In this document: piece by piece, positions 1-11,172 of the stretch
Position numbering within the stretch: position 1 is the first letter of the stretch
Layout of the letters: each line of letters starts with the position of its first letter
Assembly: GCA_030324005.1 (NCBI GenBank)
Contig: JARDVH010000001.1
Location: 36,417,929 to 36,481,928 of the forward strand
Direction: 5' to 3'
Source of the DNA: Negaprion brevirostris
Taxonomy: Eukaryota
Length of the DNA stretch: 64,000 nt
The notes under the pieces: generated by a model
Seen by the model: only the letters and a program-made list of their open reading frames with translations
What the model was told of the DNA's origin: nothing
Databases searched by the model: none
Made by a program: the position numbers and the translations under genes

Positions 1-817
1 ACTTGTTGGGACTCTGAATTGGCTTTAATTTGACTTGATTGGATTGGAATAAAGTTTTAAAAAAAATAAGTTTAACATAAAAGACCTGAACACTGGGATT
101 GTTGGATCATGAGACTTTCAGCAGATGGAAAGAGGCAAGGTGGATCAGATCTATGAGCTAATGCTTTAATTGCATTGCTTATGGGCAAAGAAGGAGTCCT
201 TCCTTCATTTGCAGTCATCTTACCCTTCAAACATCCAGTGATAGGAGCCTCTTGATTGACCCATCCTTTTGTTTACCTTCCCATCGATCTTCCCCGTTAC
301 CCTCCAGCCAGCCAGGCTGCCTTCCAGTCTAACAGGCAGTTAGCCTGGCAGTCAGGTTGGAGGCATGGTGAAACAAATTATAATAAGTCCTGCCACTCAG
401 TGCAGCAGAACCTCTCCTCCCCATCTGTTTGTGGCTCCAAGTTATTATTGTGCCTCTCCTATCATGCTTAACTGACAGGGAAGAGGCATGTGGTGTTGTA
501 ATTTTAGCCCAAAAGTGTGGTGAGGAAACTAATAAAAGCAAAATACTATGGGCTGGGAGTCTGAAATAAAAAACAGAAACAGTTGAATAAACTCAACAGG
601 TCTGGCAGCTTCTCTGGACAGAAACAGAGTTAACAGGTGGAATCTTCATGCCACGAGATTGTCTGGTCTCACTGCAGTGAACGGAGGTTTGGCTGAGTGC
701 CAAATTCTCCATCTTCACTTGCAGCGGCTGTGGGGCATGACGGCCGGTAAAATCACACCCAATGCTTTGGATCTAAATGACCGTGCTACAGAACAGGTCT
801 GTAGATGGGTCATTTAA

Positions 818-1750
818 TCATAGAATCCCTACAGTGCTGAAGGAGGCCATTCAACCCATTGAGCCTGCATCGACTCCCCCACAAGGCCCAACCCCGCCCT
901 ATCCCCGTAACCCCCGAGATTTATCCCACTAGTCCCCCTAACCTACACATCTTGGGACTAGATTTACATNNNNNNNNNNNNNNNNNNNNNNNNNNNNNNN
1001 NNNNNNNNNNNNNNNNNNNNNNNNNNNNNNNNNNNNNNNNNNNNNNNNNNNNNNNNNNNNNNNNNNNNNNNNNNNNNNNNNNNNNNNNNNNNNNNNNNNN
1101 NNNNNNNNNNNNNNNNNNNNNNNNNNNNNNNNNNNNNNNNNNNNNNNNNNNNNNNNNNNNNNNNNNNNNNNNNNNNNNNNNNNNNNNNNNNNNNNNNNNN
1201 NNNNNNNNNNNNNNNNNNNNNNNNNNNNNNNNNNNNNNNNNNNNNNNNNNNNNNNNNNNNNNNNNNNNNNNNNNNNNNNNNNNNNNNNNNNNNNNNNNNN
1301 NNNNNNNNNNNNNNNNNNNNNNNNNNNNNNNNNNNNNNNNNNNNNNNNNNNNNNNNNNNNNNNNNNNNNNNNNNNNNNNNNNNNNNNNNNNNNNNNNNNN
1401 NNNNNNNNNNNNNNNNNNNNNNNNNNNNNNNNNNNNNNNNNNNNNNNNNNNNNNNNNNNNNNNNNNNNNNNNNNNNNNNNNNNNNNNNNNNNNNNNNNNN
1501 NNNNNNNNNNNNNNNNNNNNNNNNNNNNNNNNNNNNNNNNNNNNNNNNNNNNNNNNNNNNNNNNNNNNNNNNNNNNNNNNNNNNNNNNNNNNNNNNNNNN
1601 NNNNNNNNNNNNNNNNNNNNNNNNNNNNNNNNNNNNNNNNNNNNNNNNNNNNNNNNNNNNNNNNNNNNNNNNNNNNNNNNNNNNNNNNNNNNNNNNNNNN
1701 NNNNNNACTGTGAAGCAGCAGTGCTAACCACTGTGCCACCGGGCCACCCC
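818..1750 (-). mobile_element. HE1-like tRNA-derived V-SINE with CR1-type tail, interrupted by a gap
   Basis: Tail atcatagaatccctacagtg... at 818-969 and head ...gcagcagtgctaaccactgtgccacc at 1707-1745. Confidence 0.8.
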
Positions 1751-2964
1751 AGGTTAAAAAGATGCACATTAAGAATTAGAAAATTATGGGGAGTTAGGTT
1801 GAGCTTTTCCACATCAGGTACAATAGACTTGTGGGAAAACTTACCATGGAAGGCCAGAATGGAACAGGCCACATAAATTGGTTCAAGAGACAATTGGAAG
1901 AAGTTCCTTTATGCAGAACACTGGAAATAGCCCTGTGCACACAGTACCTTGTTCCTGTATTTCCTATATTGCTTTTGTGGTTCTGTTGAAAAAGCAACAT
2001 AGTGGAACAAGTAGCAGGGAAAAGGGAAATGTTGGCAGTGTAGCGTCTGAATGGGTGTAGATGTGGCTACACAGTTCTATTAAAACTGATATTCCTTGCA
2101 GTCAATATTCAATGCTAAGGCCATATATTTTCCACCAAACTAATCTAGATTGATGTCCCAGCATAACCATTAGCTGCTGTTCTATATGCCTGTAATTCTC
2201 AGTGGGTTCCTTTGTTGCTCCTTCTATAATGAACTGCAAAGTGTTGAAGGCTATAACTAATACGTGGAGAAGTGAGGACATTGAGAAATTGAAACTGCAA
2301 GGCCTGCATTACAGGACAGCACTGAAGGTGAGACAGAGTAAAGGAAAAGAGAGGATAATTTTGGATACAGCAATTAGGAGGTAAAATTTCCATAGGTTTC
2401 AGCTGCCAGGACAGAACTAATTACAGCAAAGCGAAGTGAGGCAAGTCCTGATTTCAACACGGCACAAATGTCAGGAGGAGGTAGAAGCACCAGAAGATCA
2501 TGCTCATACAGAGCGTTTGGTTATAGTCTGATCATCATAATGTCAATACAAAGGACAAAAGTGAACTGAGATTGGGGGTCAGAGATGAGAGAGAAATGAC
2601 AATCCAACAACCAGTTCCTTCTTGTTTCCAATCACATTTGGATTTTGTCCAAAATATTTTTGGGGTTTATCTGAATAGAACTTCCTGTCAATCGTCAATA
2701 TGAAAAACAATCTCAGGACTATCGCCAGAGCTCTTCCTCTTTGCATGTTTTTATTCTTAATTCTTGTAACTATTAATATTGAAATGTTATTGTGTATATA
2801 TATATCTCAAGATATAAATCTATGTGGTTGTTAATTTATCAGTAATTGGTGTCTAATTCCATTATTTTGATAACATAAGACAATACGTGGAATAGTTTTT
2901 TGTTTGGATTTTGTAAGGAACTTTTTTGCCTTCATTAATAGAATCTGTATCAACCCCCACTGTC

Positions 2965-3241
2965 TCAGAAACATAATAACAGGACTAGGCCATTCAGCCA
3001 CTCAAACCTCTTCCACCATTCTATGAGATCATGGCAGATAGCCAAATTTATTTCATACAACTGCCTTTGCCTCACATCTCTTAGTACTTTTGGCTCACAA
3101 AGACCTATAAATCTTCAACCTAAAATTAAAATAGATTTTATNNNNNNNNNNNNNNNNNNNNNNNNNNNNNNNNNNNNNNNNNNNNNNNNNNNNNNNNNNN
3201 NNNNNNNNNNNNNNNNNNNNNNNNNNNNNNNNNNNNNNNNN

Positions 3242-3312
<71 letters not shown>

Positions 3313-4110
3313 AGGCAAAGATCCACTGACTTGAGCGGGGATTTCCAATTTTGGGGTGAGCACAGCAGAAAATCCCACCGTTCATCTTGTGTCAACTGCT
3401 GTCAGCAAAAGAGAGTTCCAGTGTGTCAAAGTGTTCCCTAACTTTGCTCCTCTATGGTTTAACTCTAACTTTAAGACTATGGACCCCCCCGTCCTAGATT
3501 CCCCAGCTGAAATAGTTTCTCTCTATTGACCCTCTTAACAGCTTGAAATCTTTGATCAATCAACCCTTTTTTTTAATATAAGCATTGTTTGTGTAATCTT
3601 TTCCTTATATTTTAAACCTTGGAGTCCAGATATAATGCTGATAAATCCACACAAAGGTGCACCCACAACAGCAGATATAGTTCCCCCAGGGCTTTGTTTT
3701 GTTTTCTATCCCTATCTATTCCAATCCTTGAGCTATAAAGGCTAATGTTTAATTAGCTCTTTTTATTTCCTATTCCAATTTTTGACATTTTAATCATCTG
3801 TGAAAATTGACTCCCCAAGTCTCTTCGGACCTTCAGTATTTCCATCCTTTCATCATTTAGTAAGTACTCTTTTCAATGCTTTTCAGCTCCAAAGTGGATG
3901 ACCTTACATTTGCCTACTTCAAAGTTCATTTTCTAGTTTTGTGCATTTTTTCAATCTATCAGTACTTCTCAGTAATTTTATGTTTCTATCTACACTGCTT
4001 ACAATGCCGTCTCTCTTTGTGCAATCAGCAAATTTGGGGATGCGGCTTTCTATCCTGTAATTTAGATCATTAATAAATATAGTGAATATGAGAGTGATCC
4101 ACATACTGAC
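2965..4110 (-). mobile_element. Old decayed CR1-like LINE 3' part
   Basis: Tail motif ggactaggccattcagcc...gatcatggc and degenerate RT C-terminal sequence resembling the other CR1 copies here. Confidence 0.6.
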
Positions 4111-4139
4111 ATCTCAATAATTGTGATATAAGTACTGCA

Positions 4140-5030
4140 TGGCTGAAGCAGTATAATGTGGATAAATGTGAAGTTATCCACTTTGCAATAACAGGAAGAC
4201 AGATTATTATTTGAATGGGTGTAAATTGAGAGAGGTGGATACTCAATGAGAGCCTGGAGTCCTCGTGCATCAGTCACTGAAAGTAAGTACGCAGGTACAG
4301 CAAGCAGTAAAGAAGGCAAGTTGTGTGTTGGCCTTTTAGTGAGAGGATTGGAGTATAAGGATAGGGATGTTTTGCTGCTATCGTACAGGGTATTGGTGAG
4401 ACCATACCTGGAGTATTGTGTGCAGTTTTGGTGTTGTTATCTGAGGAAGGATGTCCTTGCTATAGAGGGAGTATGGCGAAGGTTTGCCATGCTGACTCCT
4501 GGGATGGCAGGTCTGTCACATGAGGAGAGATTAAGTCAGTTAGGATTGTATTTACTGGAGTTTAGAAGAGTGAGAGAGGATCTCATAGACACTTATAAAA
4601 TTGTAACAGGGTTAGACAGGGTAGATTCAGAAAGAAGGTTCCCAATGGTGGAGGCGTCACAGTTTGAGGATAAGGGATAAACCTTTCAGAACTGAGGTGA
4701 GGAGAAATTTCTTCACCCNNNNNNNNNNNNNNNNNNNNNNNNNNNNNNNNNNNNNNNNNNNNNNNNNNNNNNNNNNNNNNNNNNNNNNNNNNNNNNNNNN
4801 NNNNNNNNNNNNNNNNNNNNNNNNNNNNNNNNNNNNNNNNNNNNNNNNNNNNNNNNNNNNNNNNNNNNNNNNNNNNNNNNNNNNNNNNNNNNNNNNNNNN
4901 NNNNNNNNNNNNNNNNNNNNNNNNNNNNNNNNNNNNNNNNNNNNAGATCAGCCATGATCTTATTGAATGGCAGGGCAGGCTCGAAGGGCTAGATGGCCTA
5001 CTCCTGCTTCTATTTCTTATGCTCTTATGT
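4140..5030 (+). mobile_element. CR1-like LINE 3' end (RT C-terminus and tail)
   Basis: ORF 4246-4680 contains GLEYKDRDVLLLSYRVLVRPYLEYCVQFW, typical of the CR1 ORF2 end. Tail gatggcctactcctgcttctatttcttatg. Confidence 0.9.
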
Positions 5031-8000
5031 ATTTGTTAACATCTTCCACAGAAACAACAGCTTTCTTTTCAACCACAGATCAATTTATGTGAGATTGATT
5101 AAAGTGTTTGAGTGTAGGCTCCCGTTGGTGGTTTTTCCCATTTATTGCAACGTGGAAAAGAGAGGATAGGGATTGGTAGATTATTAAAATAAAATGATTG
5201 GCAAAACTGGGAGTAGGCAGAAATCCCTAATGGAGTCATATATTCCAAGATTTTAAATCTCATAAGTGGTAATGTTCATAACTCCAAAATAGACAGTGAT
5301 GTAACGTATTTGTTAATGGTTATAATATCAGATTGCAAAGGTTCTACACTGACATAGGAAACTCACATTGATTAAAGTATGAGGTCCAAATTTTTGTTCA
5401 ATATTGGAATAGTGAACCTAATGTAACTCTGCTCTTTTACCAATATCAAACTCAGAACATTGTGACCATGTTTGTTTAGAAATACCAATTTTACACTGTC
5501 TTTACTCTCCGGCTAGAAGTTTCTTTTTTACCAACTCATCTTCTCAGATCTATTAATACACAGGTGAAAGAAGTCTTTGCCTTAGTGGGGATCTCAAACT
5601 ATTTGAGGTCCAATTGCAAACTCTGACATACTCCCAGGAAGAGCCCTTTGTATCCAACATCTGAAGGATTTTGCTAGCTGCTCTGCGCCATCACTGCTGG
5701 AAACATTTTCTATTAGTCCACATCAACAGAAGCACTAAGCTGGCATGGCAGCAAATGCAAAGGAATACAGAACCTGATAGCAGATGGACTGCAATCTGAT
5801 GACCTTCAAAGCCCCCTGGGATCCCCTTGGGGCCCAGTGACCTACATCTGAAAGCCAATGATTTAAAAATGTGTGTTATAGGTCACTTCCATATAACCTC
5901 AACAAAACGTAAAGAAACACTTGCAGCAGAACTGAACGCCCTAAATAAAAAGTGCCAGGGAAACTACTGTGTGTTAGTCAGTCAGATTTGAGGTTAAGTC
6001 ACTGCACACCCCTTCAAGATAAACATAATATCCAGCTGATATGAAATTTTTAGCCTTTATTCTAACCATTTGTAATTAAGTTATGCATTCAAACTGCACT
6101 CCATATTTCTTAGACAATATAAATGTCAGACATTGATTTGGAATCCTATGTTAATCCTTTGAGAACGAGAAAAAGAATCTCTTAATTTGAAAAATACCTT
6201 TCCAACAAATGCAACATCATGACACTGAGCCCATGTATGTTACAAAATGGAGAATTGGATAGGATCTCATTGCTTATTCATAATGTGATCAATTTTTCTT
6301 TATATTTTGAACCAATTGCAACAATCTAATTGAAGTCCTTAAAGGGTTTGAAAATATTGTTCTGTCCTTTAGGGGAACCCATGGAGAATAACAGTCAGAT
6401 GTACTGGTAAAGTACAAGCCACGTGTGAATTATTGTACCTATTTTGCAAACTGAAAAAAAAAAGCAGGAAAAAAAATTGACAATATCACATTTTGGTTAC
6501 AGCACATTACCACTTTACTTTTATGAGCAGGGAAGACCAACAGCCCATTGAATGCCACAGGATGAAAAACCTCTGAAGGACTTCTCTTGAGAATAATGGC
6601 AATGACCATCAAATAAAGTTTTAAAATGCCACATAAGCCAGATATTATGTTTGATCTTTGGTTACATATGTTCGCAGCACACACCAATAGAACATTTAAT
6701 TTGTTGGAAATGACTTTAGTTCTTTGTATTATTTTTTATTAGCGACATGTGTACCATAGGACGATATACAAAAAAAAGTGTTGAAAATCCCATATTACAG
6801 TAAAACACAATTTGAAAATCTCTGTTCCTCAGTTTAACAAACATACAACTTGAAACGTGAAGGAAACCATGGAGTACGGATTTTTTTTTTAGATTTCAAC
6901 TACTCAACATGCTACGCTTAGCACTTTTGACTTTAATGAAACATTATAAATTATGAAATATTTTGATGTTATCTTTTATTTATATTCCTCTCTGCANNNN
7001 NNNNNNNNNNNNNNNNNNNNNNNNNNNNNNNNNNNNNNNNNNNNNNNNNNNNNNNNNNNNNNNNNNNNNNNNNNNNNNNNNNNNNNNNNNNNNNNNATTC
7101 CTCTCTGCATTAAATATGTTTACACAGCATAGTAGGTCATTCTACAAGGCTACAAATGTACTCAACGTTCATTAATTAGGTCATTAAATTGGTTGAGGTG
7201 TTTACAGTGGGACCCACTTACAGCCTTTGATCCTGTTCAGGATCTTCTTCTGGAAATTTCAAACATTATTTTAAGTCATTCATTTGGAATCACCGTCACA
7301 ACTATTGCGTCTTTTAAGTGTTCTAAATTTGAGTTCCACTGTATACAGGTTAATTTAATCAATATATATCTGATTTCCTTGAATACAACCAACTGACTGT
7401 ATTTTACAGAACAGACATTTGTCTTAGGTGTAATTAATAAATTTGTTTGACAAAAATACCACAAGAAAGAATAAGACTAATGCATAAAGAGTTGTTGGGC
7501 GCAAAAGACATTCTAGTGGCAACATGACCTTAATCTCTTTCACATGTCTAATGTGGCAAATCTGTTTATTTTGGGTCTATTAATTTCCCATATTTTGAGG
7601 TTAATACAAATATGGAGCAACCACTTAAAAATAAGACAAGTCAATGGCATGACACCAACATCAAGCCTGAACCAGTCAGACCATTTCTTGGAGAGGTAAC
7701 TTTCTTTTCTTAATTGCCTCCAGCCAAATCTGTGCGGAATTCGAATGGAAATTACGATTCCCTTTTCAGATCAATAGCAAAAGGAAATGGCTCAGCTACA
7801 AGCTTCCACGTCACTTTTGGAAAACAGTAAATGGAATAAATAAAAAAAAACACAAGAGCTGTTGTAATCCAGACCCAAGTGGGGAGAAGCCCATGCTTTG
7901 TTTTGTTCTTGAAAGCTACATGTCAAGATTTGTGCTTGTTCCAAAGCAGTTTTTCAGTCAGAGATTGTTCATGGTGTTTTGTCTAATTGTTCAGTTATAA

Positions 8001-8352
8001 CCCTCAACTATTTGTATAAAAAGTATTCAAGGACCTTGTTCCATTCAAGGATACACAGTATTCTATATATCTACGTACAAGATGTTTTGGTAATCTAAAA
8101 GCAAAGCAAGAATATTTTGATGTTGAATATAATCCAATCCTTTTCACTCAGCAAAATAAACTGGTAGTTAACCCTACAGCTGGGTTTGCTGAGGGGAAAG
8201 GTTAAAGGTTAATCTACAGAAGAGCAGAATCCTTCATAATTTGCAATGACTCATTGTTTAGACATAACTATTTCAGTGTATTGACATAAAATCTAGTTTT
8301 TAAAATCATTTCTCACAGAATAGCAATTGAACTTTTTTTTATCTGTACCCAC

Positions 8353-8496
8353 CAAAGCATTTACTTTGGTTTGTCGCTCGGTCCACAAACACTTTTGATG
8401 AGATGACATTACCGAAAGGCAGGAACATTTGCATGAGCTCAGCATCTCCAAACTCCTGAGGAAGGTGATAGATAAAAAGATTGCAACCCTCTGGAC
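8353..8496 (-). CDS. CELF4: CELF4 coding exon, N-terminal part of RRM3 (144 nt; 84 nt if the internal donor is used)
   Basis: Reads (G)[47 protein letters not shown](G) and includes RNP2 LFIYHL. Acceptor tttctctgcag| and donor TTG|gtgggt are present. Confidence 0.97.
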
Positions 8497-9028
8497 CTGC
8501 AGAGAAAGGATTGCACTACATTGAAATAATTGAAATGTGGCACAGAAATGGAAGATATTAAAGTAAGCAGTTCAGTTTTACAAACTTGCTTGATGGAAGC
8601 ATGCACAAACACATTAAAGTTCACAATTAATGACCTGATGATGTGTGCCAATTCCTATGCCTTATACAAAATGGTAAATATCAGAAAAAAAACTACCTGA
8701 AAAGGACATCTTTAGTGGCCTATTTATTGTATCAAAATATTGACATTTCAGCGAAGAAAATGAGAGATGGGTAGGAGATGAACTGAATGTCAGGAGTATC
8801 TTATAGCGTTTGCCTTTCAATCTATCTTTTTTTCTAGTTTGCACCCATGTCCACATTAAGCTCTCTCACAAAAAGCATGGATTTGATGCAGAGGAAAGCT
8901 TATTGGCTGCCACATCCAGTCATGAATCATGGTTGACAATTAAGTAATTAATTGGAAGAAGAGACTCCTTGAACCTCCCCATTCTCAGTTAGACCAGTGT
9001 AAGGAGTTGGTGAGCTTCTTGGGACTGA

Positions 9029-9147
9029 TGTGGAGATGCTGGCGTTGGACTGGGGTGGGCACTGTAAGAAGTCTCATGACACCAGATTGTGAGAAAGCTC
9101 ACAATTCCAAATAAACATATTGGACTTTAACCTGTGTTGTGAGACTT
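9029..9147. mobile_element. Short inverted-repeat insertion (probably Penelope-related) flanked by a 14-bp direct repeat
   Basis: Inverted ends aagaagtctca...tgagacttctt. CTTCTTGGGACTGA occurs at 9015-9028 and 9148-9161. A related sequence is at 51790-51965. Confidence 0.6.
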
Positions 9148-9416
9148 CTTCTTGGGACTGAAGCAGTGAAGAAATGATGGCTGGTCCCACAATTGTAGAA
9201 TGGTGGGCACTAATGAAACCCTATGCCTTTGCTTGTTGGGAAATATGGCCGAGTTCAGCTATCACGGCCATCTTGTTCTACAAGAGGTAAAAAGGCTGCA
9301 AAGAACAAATCTTCCAAATAAGGACATTGATACCACTACTGATGTACATGGATTTGTGCCAGAATCATTTGAACAACTACATAAAAAAATGGGTTACAAA
9401 AGAATGACCATCATTA

Positions 9417-9730
9417 GGGCGACACCGTAGCACAGTGGTTAGCACTGCTGCCTCACAGCACCAGGGACCTGGGTTCGAATTCAAGTTTGGGTCACTGCCT
9501 GTGTGGAGTTTGCACATTCTCCCCATGTCTGCATGGGTTTCCTCCAGATGCACTGGTTTCCTCCTACGGCCCAAAGATGTGCGGGTTACGTGGATTGGCC
9601 ATGCTAAATTGCCTCTTAGTGCCAGAGGATTAGTTTGGGTAAATGCGTAGGGTTATGGAGGTAGAACTTGGGTGGGATTCTGATTGGCGCAGACTGCCTG
9701 GGCCAAATGGCACCATAAGTTTCTATAACT
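9417..9730 (+). mobile_element. HE1-like V-SINE, full length, CR1-type tail
   Basis: tRNA-like head (tagcacagtggttagcac; B box ggttcgaattc), central domain tctccccatgtctgcatgggtttcctcc, and tail. Confidence 0.9.
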
Positions 9731-10029
9731 CAATCATCTGGAAGACACTGTTGTAATTTTGTGCAATGTTTATGAAATTATAACAATAAATGTTACTTTG
9801 GAAAAAAAACTCATGCTTGGCATTTGGATCCTAAAGATAAGGCTGACACATTCTCAACCGCCTTTCGGCACACTTTCTGAATGGATGAACAATTTCAGTT
9901 CCCCGCTGTAGTCTCTTGAGTCACAGAAGCCAATCTTTAGCCTGTTCCATTCACTCATTGTGCTTCATCAACAAATGGCTAAGTGCAGTCGATGCAAAAA
10001 ATGCTATGGGCCCTGAAAACATCCCAGTG

Positions 10030-10730
10030 TGGTCCTGCAGGACTTTCCACACCTCTAATCAAGCTGCTCAAAGTCAAAAATTAACCAGGTATTAAAAAAA
10101 AGGACAAATCCATTCTAACCAATTACTGCTCCATTGGTTATCAGCACTTACTCACCAATAATCTAGAGTCAGTTAGTTCTCAACCCCATTACAGCCTCAA
10201 TCCATACATGGACAAGGTGAGGGTGACTGCCTTTCAATCAAAGTGACATTAGTTTTGAATGTCACATCAAGGCATCTTACTGTATCTATTGCCAACAGGA
10301 ATCAGGAGGGAAGCTCTCCATTGACTGGAGTCACACCTAGCACAAAGGAAGATGGTTATGATTGTTGGAAGCCAATGATTTGAGCCCTAGATGTCACATT
10401 ACTGACAAAAGGTATTAAGCTTGGGGTCATTTCATTGATAGGAGCACAGTATTTCCTACAGGACAGTGTCCTGGGCTCAACCATCTTCAGCTACTTTCAT
10501 CAATGACTTTCCCTCCATAATAAGGTCAGAAGTGGGGATGTTCATTGACAATTGCACAGTGTTCAGTTCAATTCGCAATTACTCAGATACTGAAGCTGAC
10601 CATGTGTGTGGGCAGCAAGCTAACCTTCAGGCTTGGGTTAGTAGCAAGTAAAATTTGCACCATGCCAGTGCCAGACAATGACCATTTCCAACAAAAGAAA
10701 ATCTATATGCTTCTGCTTGCCTCTCATTGA
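10030..10730 (+). mobile_element. Decayed CR1/L2-clade LINE RT fragment
   Basis: Frameshifted SVLG.TIFS..INDFPSIIRSEVGMF.D.CT, i.e. the region around the RT catalytic motif. Confidence 0.75.
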
Positions 10731-11059
10731 TATTAAGTGGAACATTTGGCCTATTCTAACTTGTAGATGGGTTGACCTTACAAACTATTCTGCAATGTTC
10801 TCCAGGAAGCAGTTTCTAAAGGATATCTGTGTGAATGAAACACCAAGCATTCCAGGGAATCAGCTGTGATAGTAGTATCACATGTAAGAACAGTGAATCT
10901 GCAATATGTCAATTGGGATTTCATTGCTGGTTTAGATTCTTATGAACATATGCCACAACCATCCAACTTTCTTTTTGCTGCTAATCTCAGGAGGATTCCT
11001 CAGTGGGAATGGCCCTGTCTGTCTATTCTGATGAAGAGGTCAGAATGCTAGTCAGTTGG

Positions 11060-11172
11060 ACTGCAGAAACAAAAACAGAAAATGCTGGAAAGTTTCAGCA
11101 TGTCTGACAACACCTGCGGAGAGAGAATAGAGCCAATCTTTTGAATCAGGATGACCCTTCATCAGAGCTGGA
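11060..11172 (-). mobile_element. Penelope-like element terminal repeat fragment
   Basis: gaaacaaaaacagaaaatgctgga...acccttcatcagagctg. Related copies at about 535-635, 15327-15415 and 43195-43230. Confidence 0.6.

Noticed and set aside
3242-3312. Poly-C tract and the poly-Pro/poly-Gly ORFs
   Set aside because: A homopolymer abutting a gap, typical of a sequencing or assembly artefact.
5846-5860. GGCTTTCAGAT on the minus strand resembling GFQI of the last CELF4 exon
   Set aside because: The flanking codons do not match and a stop follows. The last coding exon is outside the window or in a gap.
6984-7110. Direct repeat attcctctctgca on both sides of a 100-N gap (likewise acactgttcat around 61241-61340)
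   Set aside because: Probably unmerged contig overlaps rather than real duplications.
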